DNA from: Scenedesmus sp. PABB004
Lineage: Eukaryota
Assembly (NCBI GenBank): GCA_014905635.1
Contig: JABVCE010000008.1
Span: forward strand, 372,001 to 436,000
Reading direction: 5' to 3'
DNA length: 64,000 nt
Positions 1-11,543 of the stretch are shown in pieces. The notes under the pieces were generated by a model. That model did not search any database, had not been told where the DNA came from, and worked only from the letters and a program-made list of their open reading frames with translations. Position 1 is the stretch's first letter, and every line of letters begins with the position of its first letter. Made by a program: the position numbers and the translations under genes.

Positions 1-583
1 TCGCGGGCGCGGCGCAGCTGTTTGCGCTCGCGGAGGGCCAGTCCGAGGCGGCGCGTAAGGAGCTGGCGTGGGCGTCGTTCGCGCTGCTCAAAAACGTCAA
101 CGCCTGCAGCGTGGTGCTGCTGCAGCCGGAGCGCGGCGCCGCGCTGCTCGCGCGCGGCGCGCTCGCCGCGGCGGCCGTCGCCGGCGGCGACGCGGCGGTC
201 GCACTTGCGCACGTCGGCGCCGACGCGCGCGACGGCGGCGCCGGCGGCCTGCTGCAGGGCGGGCAGCAGCAGCGCTGGCTGCCGGACCGCGGCGCGATGC
301 GGGCGGCGGGCGTCGCCGGCTGGGCGTGCGTGCCGGAGGGCGCGCAGTCGGCGCTCGTGCAGGCGGTGCCGGGCGGCGCGCTGCTGCTGGTGCTCGGCGA
401 GCGACCGAGGTGCGCGCGCGGCGCGCGCGGGGCGCGCGCGGGGCGCGCGCGGGGCGAGCATGGCTGCGGCGGCGACCTGACGCCGCACGTGCAACGGCCG
501 CCCGCCGCAGGGCGCTGTCGGACAAGGACCAGCGCTGGGTGGCAGCGCTGGCCGCCAAGCTCGGCGGCGTGCTGGCCGCGTGA
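1..583 (+). CDS. CCB2: 3' part of a CCB2/CCB4-type cytochrome b6 heme ci assembly factor (5' truncated by window)
   Basis: Exon <1-409 (ELAWASFALLKNVN...LPDRGAM...PEGAQSALVQAVPGGALLLVLGERPR), intron GT410..AG510, exon 511-583 (ALSDKDQRWVAALAAKL*). Motifs recalled from the CCB2/CCB4 family. Confidence 0.7.
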
Positions 584-729
584 CGCGCGGCGCCTGCCGC
601 TGGCCGCGCCGCCGCGGGTGCGGGCGTGCTGGTCACTGGCTCGTCACACGCGCGGGATGCGCACCGCAGGTGCAGTGCAGTCCTGCAGGCATGCACACTG
701 ATCGGTAAACGCCCGCGCGCAGCGCCCCC

Positions 730-1515
730 CTACGCGCGCCGCTTGCTGCTGCGGCGCCAGCTCCAGCTGAAGCCGCCGCCGCCGCGGTGCCAAAACATGC
801 TCCCGCCCGTCGGCGCGCCGCCGCCGGCCGCCGCCGCCGCCGCCGCCGCGGCCTGCACGCGGTCCGCGTCCTGCGCGCCCTCGCCCTCCAGCAGCCCGCC
901 GAGGCGCAGGCTGCTGCCCGCGGCGCGGCGCGGCAGCGCGAGCGCCTGCGGCCGCGCGCTGGAGTTGCCGCCGCTGCCCGCGTTCATGTGGACCAGCTCC
1001 TCCTCCTCCTCATACGTCACGCCGTTGGCGGCGCGCCAGCGCCGCGTGCGGCGGATCGTGACCAGCTTGCCGCCGCCGCCGCCGCCGCCCCGCCCGCCGC
1101 CTGCGCGGGCGCGGCGCGCGGGCAGCAGGGCCGCGGGTGAGCGCGCGCCACGCGCCGCACCGCACCGCACCGTGACCGGGGCGAGCGACGGCACCCGCCG
1201 CGCCCCCGCCCGCCCGCGAGCGCGGCGCCCACCTCCGCCGCCGCCGCCGCCGCCGCCGCCACCTGTAGCGGCAAAGGGCAGCGGTGAGGTCGCGCCGGCA
1301 GCGCGCGGCGCGGCCACGAGCGTGGCAAGCGCGCGAGGGCGCCAGCGCGCGAGGGCGCCAGCGCGCGGCGCTCACCGCCGCCGCCGCCGCCGCCGCCACC
1401 GTCGTCGCCGCCGCCGCCGCCACCGCCTGCGGGGTCAAAAGAGGCGGCGTGCGCGTCAGGTGCCGCCCGCGCCACACGACGCCCCCCCCCCCCCCCCCCC
1501 CGCCGCCGCCGGCCT

Positions 1516-1551
<36 letters not shown>

Positions 1552-2448
1552 GTCGCCGCCGCCGCCGGGCGCAACGCCGCCGTAGAGCTCGCACGCCATG
1601 CAGCAGCCGCGGCGGCCGCGGCCGCCGAGGATGCGGTACGCGCACTTGCCGCCGTCGTACGCGCAGAGCGCGCCCCAGTAGGGGCAGGCGCTGCCCGCGT
1701 CGAGCGTCACGCACAGCTGCGCGTCGCCGACGTCGAAAAAGTCCATGCCCAGGTGCCCGACCACGAGCCGCGGCCCCGCCGCCGACTTGGTCACCTCCCA
1801 GGACGGCAGCGGCACGCGGTTCAGCGACACGCCGAGCACCGAGCCGTCGCAGCCCGGGTCTGCGCGCCGCGCGGGGCGGGCGCGGGGGCGGGGGTGGGGC
1901 GCGAGCGGGCGCGCGGGCGGCGCAGGGCGCGAGCGCCGCCGTGCTCGACCGCCACCGCGCCCGCGCCGCCGCCGCGCGCGGCCGCCGCGGCTCACTGATG
2001 CTGAACTCCAGGCCCGTGAAGCGCCGTGCGACCGCGGGGCAGCAGCCCTTGGGCGACGCGTAGCAGCCGATCGCGACAAAGGCGAAGCAGGCCTCGACGG
2101 TGCCGTTGGCGCTGCCGTTGCCCTGCCGCGCGGGGTGCATGATGAACGGCGAAGACCGGCAGTCCTCCTCGAAGCAGCCCGGCGCGTCGCCGCCGCCGCC
2201 GCCGCCCTGCACGAGCGCCCACGCGGCGGCGGCCGACGCCGGCGCGCGCGCGCCTGCGGCAGCAGCGGGCGGGCGGCGGTGAGGGGCGCCGCCAGCGGGC
2301 GGGCAGTCACGCGAGGCGGAGTGTCCGTCACGGCCGAACGCGCTGCGCGCCGGCCCGGCGCACCCTGCGCGCCGGCGGCGCAGAGGACGGCGAAGATGGC
2401 AGCCGCCGCCAGGGCTGCGCGGCGTGGCCGGCGCCTGGCTGGAGCCAT
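730..2448 (-). CDS. Secreted pherophorin-domain (DUF3707-like) extracellular matrix protein, spliced
   Basis: Signal peptide (AALAAAAIFAVLCAAGAQG); Cys pattern DCRSSPF...CFAF...GCCP...LEF|PGCDGSV...LCVTLDAGSACPYWGALC...KCAYRI...CCMAC typical of pherophorin domains; low-complexity C-terminal exon ending TAG at 730. Some exon junctions uncertain. Confidence 0.65.
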
Positions 2449-2768
2449 GGACAGTTCTGGCGGTGCCTATCAACGGTCCCGGCCACCGATCGGCGGGCGA
2501 CGCCGGCTGGACGCAGGGATCGCGCCGCTGCTGTCCAGCGGTATCTGAGGCGGCGCGCAGGAGTGCTCAGCGTACGCTGCTGCAACAGCAAAGGCTGGCC
2601 CGCAGCTGCGCTGAAAAAAGCTGCGGGGCGCTCCTCTTGGGGTTCCGGCGGGCGCGCCGTTCTGACGGCGCGTGCGACGGCTGGGCGCGGCGGCACGCGG
2701 CCGCAAGTGCTTGCACGCTGCACAGAAATGCCCAGTGCCCAGTGCTCCCGCTACCCCGCGTCATCACC

Positions 2769-3516
2769 TCACCCCGCCGGCGGCTTGGGCGCGGGGCTCG
2801 GCGGCTTGGGCATGGGGCTCGGCGGCCGCGGCGCGCCCGCCGGCGCGCCCGCTGCGGCGCCCGGCGGCGCGCCCGCCGCGCCGGCCGGCGCGCTCGGCGG
2901 GTTCGTCGGGCTGACGACGAGGTAGGACGAGAGGAAGTAGATCGTGTTGGCGCTCGTGGGCGGGCCCTTGTGCCCGACCGCGGCCTCGACGATGTAGTTG
3001 GCCTGCGGGAGGCGGCCAAAGTTGGGCGCCTTGCCGACCTGGGTCGTGATCTTCTGCGTGTCGGCCCGCGTGATGCGCCACGCCCACACGAGCTCGTCGC
3101 CGCTCGGCGCGCCGTCGGGCGAGAGCGCCTTGAGCCCGGGGCAGGACAGCACGGTGTCGGACGCCGGGTTGGACTTGAACGGCGGGCACGTCCCCGTCAT
3201 GCGCGGCAGCGCGGGCGCGCCCTCGGGCAGGGGGATGATCTTGAGGTTGCTCGCGCCGCTCGCGGTGCGCGACGTGCGCGGCTCGGACACGTTGAGCGAG
3301 AGCGCGAGGCTCTCGGCCTCATCGAGCGGCAAGCTCACGTGCTGCCCCTCCTTGGCGACGACCGTCTGCCCCGTGGCCTTGGACTTGAGCGCCCAGCGGT
3401 AGGTCAGCGAGGTGAGGTTGCGGAACGGCACGCCCGTGCTGCCGGCGTCGATCTCCAGCACCGCGCCCTGGCTGAGCGTGAGGCTCGGCAGGCGCAGGTC
3501 GATGTCCAGCGGCACC

Positions 3517-3549
<33 letters not shown>

Positions 3550-6500
3550 GCGGGCACGGTGCCGCGCCGCACGCGCAGCTCGTACGTCCCTGTCGACGTG
3601 AGCCGCCCGTCGCTCGCGGTCACGAGGATGGTGTAAGACCCGGGGGGCACGTTGAGCAGCGACACGACGCTCCCCGCGCCGCTGCGCACGACCGCGTCGC
3701 CCGACTTGAGGTCCCACTTTACGTCGACGGGGTCGCCGTTGGGGTCGGTGATCGTCGGCAGCGCGACGCGCCCGCCGCTCTCGCCGTCGAGCGGCGCGAC
3801 GAGCGCGGGGATCTCGGGCGGCGACTGCTCCCCCGGGCGCGGGCTCGGCGGCGGCGCGGGCGGGCGGGGGTTGTCCGTGTAGGGGATCTGCCCCGGCGGC
3901 AGCGGCGGCATGGGCCCGATGACAAAGTTCTTCTGCGCGATCGCGTTGTTGTTGGCGCTGTCCAGCAGCAGCAGCCCGACCTGCGCGCGCGGGCGTAAGC
4001 GTCAGCGCCGGCCAGGCGTGCGCACGCGTGAGCACGAGCGCGAGCGCCGGCCAGGCACGCGAGGGCGCGGGTGCGGCGCGTGCGCGGCCGGCGGCGCCGG
4101 CGACCCCCCTGCGCGGCGCAGCGCGGCGCGCGCCTGGTACGACCCCGGGCGCAGCCGGACTTGCGCGAAGCGCCCCGTCGCGTTGGCCACGGGCGTGGGC
4201 TTGCCGTCGGTGGTGAGGTTGACGCGGTCCACGATGGCCCAGACGTACTGGTTGATGGTGCTGCCGGGCTTGGGGCTGCTGTTCTGGGCGTCGAGCAGCA
4301 CCGTCGTCCAGCCGCCGGGCGAGGCCGGCACGTAGGACTGCGGCTGCGTGATGACCGCGATCAGCCCGCCCTCGGTGCCGCCCGCGACCACAAAGTTCTG
4401 CGACGGCCGCGGGCGCGGGCGGGGGCGGGGTGGGCGCGGCCGGGCGCGCGCGCGGGGCCGCGCGCCGTCGCCGCCGCGGTCGCGCGCCGCGCAGCGCGCC
4501 GCTGCGCGCCGCCGCCGACCTGCACGATGCTCGCGTTGCGGCCCGACGTGTCCTCAATCGTGAGGCTCACGATGTAGCTCCCGACCGGCAGGCTCACAAA
4601 CGCGACGTTGGGCGCGGCGGCGGTCTGGTTGAGCAGCACCACCTGCCCGCCCGCCTGCTGCGTCGTGACGGTCCAGACGTAGCGCTTGATGAGGTGCCCC
4701 GGGCTGGGCGTCGACCCGGTGGCGTCGAGCGGGATGGACTTGTTGCCCCCGTCGGGCGCGGCGAGCACGATGGGCGCCGGCGACTTGATGACCGCGACCA
4801 TGACGGCGTTGGGCCCGATGCCGTCGCCGCCGCTCTGGCCCGCGCCGCCGACGACGAAGCGCACGGGGCCCTGCGTCGCGCTCGCGCCGGTGTTGTCGAC
4901 GACGTTGACGCTCGCCACGTACTGCCCCGGCGGCAGCAGCACCGTCGCGGTCGCGCCCGTCGCGGTGGCCTTGGGCGTGCCGTCGATCGCAGACTTGACC
5001 ACCCACCCGTACGCGACCTGGCGCGCGGCGCGAGGCGCGGCGGCGGCGCGGCGCGGGCGTGGGCGGCGGCGGCGGCGGTGCGCGGCGCGCGCACCAGCGC
5101 GGCCCGCGCGGCGCAGCGCGCAGCGCGCGCGCGCGCGCGGCACTCACGATGCGCCGCCCCGGCGCGGGCGCGCTGCCGCCGGCGTCAAGCAGGACCTGCG
5201 CGAGCCCCGTCGGCCCTGTCGACCACTCGCTGAGCGGCTGCGGCGACTTGATGACCGCAAAGGTGTTGCCCGGCGGCGGCGGCGGCGACGCGGGCCCCGG
5301 CCCCGGCGGGGCGGGGGGCGGGCAGTAGCCCCAGTACCCGCCGCTCCAGTAGAAGCCGCCCGGCACCGCGCCCTGGCCCGGCGGCGAGGCCGTGAACTGG
5401 CCTGCGGCGGCGGCAAGGCGCGGCGCGGCAAGGCGCGGCGCGGCGGGGGTGGGCGCGCGCGGCGCGGCGCGCGGGCGGGCGCAGCGGGGCGGGGCGCGCC
5501 GGCGCGCCGGCGGCGCTGGTCGGTCGCGGCGCACCCGTGCTGGGGTCGAACGCGCCGCCGGGGTTGGGGTTTGACCCGACGAAGCCGCCGCCCGTGCCGA
5601 GCTGGCCGCCGGCGTACTGCTCGCCTATGTTGGTGCTCGAGACGAGCTGCCCGCCCGTGAGCGCGCCCTGGCCGGGCGTGTAGGCCGTGCCCGACGCGGG
5701 CCCGCCCGCGCCCGCCTGGCCGACGCCGCTCGAGCCGCCGGCGTAGTAGTCTGAGCCGCCGAGCAGGTAGGTGTTGGGGTCCTGCGCCAGCCCCGGCACG
5801 ACCGCGGGCTGCTGGTTGCCGCCCAGCAGCGGCTGCCCCGGCGCCGCGAGCGACGACGCCGCCTGCTGGGTGAGCGTCTTGCCGAGGTCGACTGCCGACG
5901 TGAGGCCCTGGCTGGTCAGGCCCGTGCCGTAGCCCATGAGCGCGCCCTTGGCCTGGCCGGGCACCGCCGCGAGCTGCGCAAACTGCTGGTCGTACTGCAC
6001 CGAGGCGTAGGGGTTGTACGGCGCGGCGCCGCCCGCGACGCCGGCCGCCGCGGCGCCGCCCGACGGCGCCGCCGACGCCGCCGCGCCGCCCGCCGGCGCC
6101 TGCTCCCAGCCGCGCAGCGCGCCGCCAAAGGGGCTCGCCGCGGCCGACGACGCGCCGGTGGGCTGCGCGGGCGCGGGCCCCGCCGCGGCCACGGGCGTCT
6201 GGCCGCGGCCGCCGGGCTTGAGCGCGCCCAGCAGGCCGCCGAGGCCGCCGCCGGAGCGCGCGCCGGCGCCGAGGCCGAGGCCCGGCAGCCCGCCGCCGCC
6301 CAGGCCCGGCAAGGCGCCAAGGCCGGGCAGGCCGCCGCCGCCGGCACCGAGGCCCAGGCCAGGCAAGCCGCCGCCGCCGGCGAGGCCCGCGAGGCCGCCA
6401 GCGCCGCCGGCGAGGCCCGCGAGGCCGCCAGCGCCGCCAGCGAGGCCCGCGAGGCCGCCGCCGCCGGCGAGGCCCGCGAGGCCGCCGCCGCCGGCGAGGC

Positions 6501-9500
6501 CCGCGAGGCCGGGCAGGCCGCCTCCAAGGCCGCCGCCGAGGCCGCCGAGCGCGCCGCCGAGGCCGCCGAGCGCGCCGCCGAGGCCGCCGCCGAGGCCGTA
6601 GTCGGCCGCAAAGTTCTGCAGCCCGCCCGAGTTGATCGCGCCCATGCCAAAGTTGGTCATCTCGGGGTTGGTCATCCAGCTCGCCAGCTGCTGCAGGCCG
6701 CGCGCCGCGCTGCTCTCCAGCTCCTCCGCCGACAGGCCGGGCGCGACGGCGCCGCCGCCGGCGCCGCCGCCGGCGCCCAGCTGCGCGCCCGCATCGCCGC
6801 CGAGCTGCAGGCTGCGGCCCTGCCGCGCGCCGAGCCTGCCAAACAGGCCGCCGCCGGCGCCGCTGTCCGCGCCGCCGGCCGCGGGCTCCGCGCCGTCGCC
6901 GCCCGCGAGGCGCGCGCCGGCGAAGAGCCCCGCCGACAGTCCGCTCATGCCCGCCTGGCCGAGGCCGTAGAGCCCGCCCGCCGCGAGGTTGCCCACGCTC
7001 TGGCCCGCCGAGTTGGCGAGGCCGGCGGAGACCTGGTTGCCCAGGCTGCCGACCTGGTTGACCACGCCCTGCCCGACCGCGCCGAGCGACTGCGTCGCGT
7101 GGCGAATGAACTGCTGCGTCGGGATCTCGGGGACCACCGTGCCGGTGTTGGGGTTGTACGCGGCGTTGGGGTACTGAGGCAGGTTCTGGGGCGCCACCGC
7201 GGGGAAGGGGAGCTGGCCGTTGGTCGTGAAGTAGCACAGCGGCACCGTGGGCGGGAACGGCGGCGGCGGCGGGCTCGGGGGCGGGCTCGGCGGCGGCGGC
7301 GGCCGCGGAGGCGGCGGCGGCCTGCGCGGCGCGGCGGCGGGCGGGCGGGGCGCGCGCGCGGGTGAGCGGGGCGCGCGCGCGGGTGAGCGGGGCGCGCGCG
7401 CGGGTGCGCGGCGCGCTGCCGGCACGCAGCGCGGCCGGCCGCAGCGCCCCCGCAGGCAGGGAGCCCTCCGCAGCGGCAGCGCGCACCTCGGGGATGGCGG
7501 CGGCGGCCGCGGGGCGGCGGCGGCGGCGGGGGCTCGGGCTTGGGGGCGGCGGCCGCGGTGGCGGCGGTGGCGGCGGCGGGGGCCGCGGCGGGAAGGGAGG
7601 GAAGGGCGGGAAGGGCGGCCGTGGCGGCCGGGGGCTCGGCGGCGGCGGGCTCGGGGGCTCGGCGGCGGCGGCGGGGGCCGCGGCGGCCGCGGGGCCGCGG
7701 CGGCGGGGGCGCCTGCCGGCCGTTGAGGCGCGGCCCCCACGCCGTCGGCCCCGCGTCGCCGGGCGCCCGCCCCGGCGCCGCCTGCAGGCCGCCGTTCTCG
7801 GGCGTGCCCGCGCCGGGCATGATGGGCACGTCGCCGGCGACGACGATGAGGGCGCTGTTGTTCCAGTGCGCCACGCCGGCCTCGCTCTCCACGGTGAGGC
7901 CGACGACGTACGACCCCGGCGTGGTGAGGCTCACGTACGCGGTCGGCTCGGTGACGTCCTGCCGCACGCTCGACGTGAGGTCGGCCTCGCGCGGGCTGAT
8001 CATGCGCAGCGCCCACGTCCAGCTCACGAGCGGGTCGGCCGCCGACGCGAGGCTCCACGAGCCGTCGAGCAGCAGCGTCGACGCGGCGGACAGCGAGACG
8101 ATGCCGTCGTTGGGCAGCGTGATGATCGGGACGGGCCAGTCCTCGGCGCTCTGCACGCGCACCGCGGTCTTGCGCCCCGCCGCCGGCGCCGGGGCCGCGG
8201 CGGCCGCGACGGCCGCGAGCGGCGGCGGCGGCGGGAGGCCCCAGATGGTGCGGCCAAACGGCTCGCCCGCGAGCCGCGCGTAAGGCAGCGGGTCGGGGCC
8301 GTCAAACGGCAGCCGCCCGCGCTCCAGCGGGATCGTCCGCGCGCCGCCGCCGCGCGCTGCGGCCGCGTCGCCGGGGTCCAGCCCCGCCAGCAGCGCCAGC
8401 ACGTCCGGCCCGGGCTGCGCGGACGACGCGTCGCCGCCGACGGCGTCCGCGCCGGCCGCGTCGTCGTCCCAGCCAAATAGTGAGACCTGCAGGCGCCGCG
8501 CGGCGGCGGCGCCCTCGTTCCCCGCTGCCGCGCCCTCGCCCCGGGCTGCTGCGGGGAGCGGGCCCAGCTGGCCAGCGCCACCGTTGCCGGTGTGATACGG
8601 CGGCGGCGCCGGCGCGGCCGTGCTTAGCGCTGGCGGCGGCGCCGGCGCGGCCGTGCTCGGCGCTGGCGGCAGCGCCGGCGCAAACGGCGGCGGCGCCCGC
8701 TGGTGCGCGTGCTGCTCCGGCGCCGGGCGAGCGCCACCGCCCCCGCCGCCGCTGCCAGCCGCCACGCCCGCCTCGGCTGACGGCGGAGGCAGCGGCGGCG
8801 CAGCCGCGCCCGCTGCGAGGCTGGGGGCGAGCAGCGGCGGCGCGAGGAAGGGCGGCGCCCGGGCTGCGGCGAAGCTGTCGCCGCCTGCCGCCTCTGGCAG
8901 CGGCGGCGCGCCCGCCATGGCGCTGCCGGCCGGCGGCGGCGCTGCCATCATGGCCGCCTCTGCCGCGTCCGCCAGCGCGCTGCTGACGACGACCGAGCCT
9001 GGCTGACCCTGCTGCTGCTCCGGCTCCTGCTGCTCCGGCTCCTGCTCCTGCTCCCGCTCCGGCACCGGCACCGGCTCCTGCCGCTCGCCAGCGCTCTGCC
9101 GGCCGCGCGCGCCGCCGCCAGCGCCCGCGCCCGCGTGCGGCTCCGCCAGCTGCAGCGCGCCGGGCAGCAGCAGGATGCGCGCGCCGGCGCCGCCGGCGCT
9201 GCCGTCCCGCGCTGGCAGGCGCAGCGTGAGCGTGTAGCTGCCGCCAGCTGCGACCGGGAAGGGTGAGGTGGACAGCACCTGCGGGCCGGCAGCCGCGCGT
9301 TGCCGCCGCTCAGCCGTGCGCCGCGCGCCTCCTGCGCGCTCCGCCAGCGCGGGCGGCGCGCGGCGCGGCGCACGCACCTCGGCCGGCGCGTCATCGCTCC
9401 GCCACGCCGCCGCTGCCGCGCCGCCCGCGCCCAGGTCGCCGCCGCCGCCGCCGGGCCCCGCCGGCGCTGCCTGCTGCAGCGCGGCACCCAGCACGTCGCG

Positions 9501-10091
9501 CCGCTGGTGGTCCGCCCACTCGCCGCGCGGCTCGAGCCAGACCTGTGGCGCCGGCCCGCCGCCGCTGCTCACGGCGCAGCGCAGTGAGAGGTGAGAGAAG
9601 AAGGGACCGCCCTCGGCCACGCTCACGTCCAGCCGCAGCTCCGCCGCGGCGTCGCCCGCCGCCGCGGGGCCGGCGGGCGCCGCGAGCTGCGCGCTGCTCA
9701 GCACCACGCCGACCTGCTGCGCCGCGGGCGCGCCCGGCGCGGCGCCGGCGGCCGGCGCGGCGCAGAACGCGAGCGCCGCGCACGGGCCCTCGAGCGCCGC
9801 GCCCGTCACGCGCAGCGCGCCGTCGCCGCTGCCGAGCGCGCCTGCCAGCCAGGCCAGTGCCTGCGCCCGCGCCGCTTGCGGCTTGGCGCAGAGTGAGGCG
9901 CAGCCGCCGCGCGGCGGCGCCAGCGACGGCGCCGCGTCCTGCTGGGGCTGCAGCTGCGACGGCGTGCCGCTCCCGCCCGCCGCTGCCGCGTCGCCGGCCG
10001 CGGGCGTCGCCGCCGCTGCCGCCAGCAGCGCCAGCAGCAGCACCCCGCGCCGGCGCCATGGCCGGGCGGGGGCCCGCCGCGGCGGCGGCAT
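2769..10091 (-). CDS. Very large secreted/cell-wall protein: signal peptide, about 7 PKD/Ig-like beta-sandwich repeats, Pro-rich linkers and a GGL-rich block
   Basis: ATG 10091 then GVLLLALLAAAAATPAAG; repeats of the form AVIxxP...LLDAxxSxPxPGxxIxxYxW...L.PGxYxVxLxVxD at ~7850-8130, 4860-5260, 4390-4800, 3920-4360, with more divergent units at 3570-3810, 3235-3500, 2910-3200; several introns. Frame breaks at ~7540-7700 mean it could be two genes. Confidence 0.6.
6230..6600 (-). repeat. Coding tandem repeat encoding GGL/GGGGLAGLA units
   Basis: Plus-strand units such as gaggccgccgccgccggcgaggcccgc and gaggccgccgagcgcgccgcc repeated many times. Confidence 0.85.
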
Positions 10092-10812
10092 GCGCGCGCC
10101 GGCGCTCACTGTGTACTGCTGCCGCCGCCGCCGGGCGGCATGCCGGCCGCTGCACGCGGTGCCGCCGAGGCCTCAGTAAGGAATTGCGTGTCGAGACCCG
10201 AAAACGCGCCGATCCCGGGTCCTTAATGCGGCGTCGCGGAGTTTGGCGAGCCAACAGAATCGATGCTGGTCGGCGGGCGCCCGCGCGGCCTCTGCGATGC
10301 CCCCGGCTATCGTCTCTGTCACATTGACGCGAAAATGAACTGCGGGCCGCGCGGAGCTGCAGCTAGCAGCACTTTTTGGGCGTGCTGTTGCCGGCGCGCG
10401 CGACGAGACTGCTGCCGCTACACGCTGCTGCAGTTCAATTGCCCAGGCGGCCAGTCAAGCCCCAGCTGCTGCAGGGGCGCGGGGTGTCGTCGCTGCCGCC
10501 GCCAGCGCGGCGCAGCACGCAGGGCGCGACCGCGGCTTGTGCCCTGCCGACCACGCTGACGCGCCGTGCACCGCGCGGCACTGCGCGCGGCACTGCGCGC
10601 GCGCTAGGCAGCGCCCCAGCTCCGCGCTGCGCGCTGCGCGCCGCAGCAGCAGCAGCGGCCGCGCCCCAGCCCGCGCCGGCACGGCCGGCGCACGGCGTGC
10701 CGCTTGGCCGTCTGAATTCGCGTCGAGGCTCCGCGGCCGACCGACTCGCGGGGGGCGCGAGGGCGGCTCCGCTTTCCGCGGCGGCGGGCGCGGCGCAGCA
10801 GCGGCGGCGGCG

Positions 10813-11506
10813 ATGGCGGGCCCGGCGCGGGCGCCGGCGGCGCCGGCAGCGCCGCCGCGCCCCCCGTACGACCACTGCCGGGACGCGCCCTTCACGTGGG
10901 TGGTCCGCTTCATGGAGGCCTGCGCGCAGGCGAGGAGCAAGGACAAGACGCGCCTGTTCCGCGACTTCCTGGACCGCGTCGTGCCGCGGCCGAGCGACGA
11001 CATCTTCCAGATCTTTCGCCTCCTCATGCCCGCGGTGCGGCGCCCCACGCCCGGCCGGCGCGGCCGGCCCCGCTGCTCCGGGAGCGGCCGGCGGCCGGCG
11101 CCGCGTGCGCGCGCCGCCGGCGCCGAGCGCGCGCAGCGCGCGCCGCCGCCGCCGCTGCGCGCTTGCAGGAGGACAGCGAGCGCGGCAACTATCTGCTCAA
11201 GGAGGACAAGCTGGCCAAGGTGCTCGTCGAGGCGGCGGGCCTGACGGCGGAGAGCCCCGACGCACGGCCCGCGCTCAAGTGGTGCGCTGGCGCAGGCTGC
11301 GTGCTGAGCTGCTGCGCGGGCGCACCCGCGGCGCCAGCCGCGGCCGGCCTGGCTGACGCGCGCGTGCGTTTGCGCGCCACCGCAGGCGCGCCGCGGGCGT
11401 GCGCTACGCGGGGAACTTCCCAGAAGTCATGTACCAGGCGCGGCGGCACCGCGGGCGGGCGGCAGGGGCGCGCCGCACACGCACGCCCGGCAAAAGACGG
11501 GCGGCC

Positions 11507-11543
<37 letters not shown>

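Noticed and set aside
6230..6600. CRISPR-like or regulatory repeat array
   Set aside because: Units are in-frame codon repeats for Gly/Leu/Ala with no unique spacers, in a eukaryotic gene.
7500..7720. Frameshifts in the Pro-rich linker suggesting a pseudogene or programmed frameshift
   Set aside because: The breaks coincide with C/G homopolymers; adding single bases restores PPSPPS/PPFPPF repeats, so sequencing indels are more likely.
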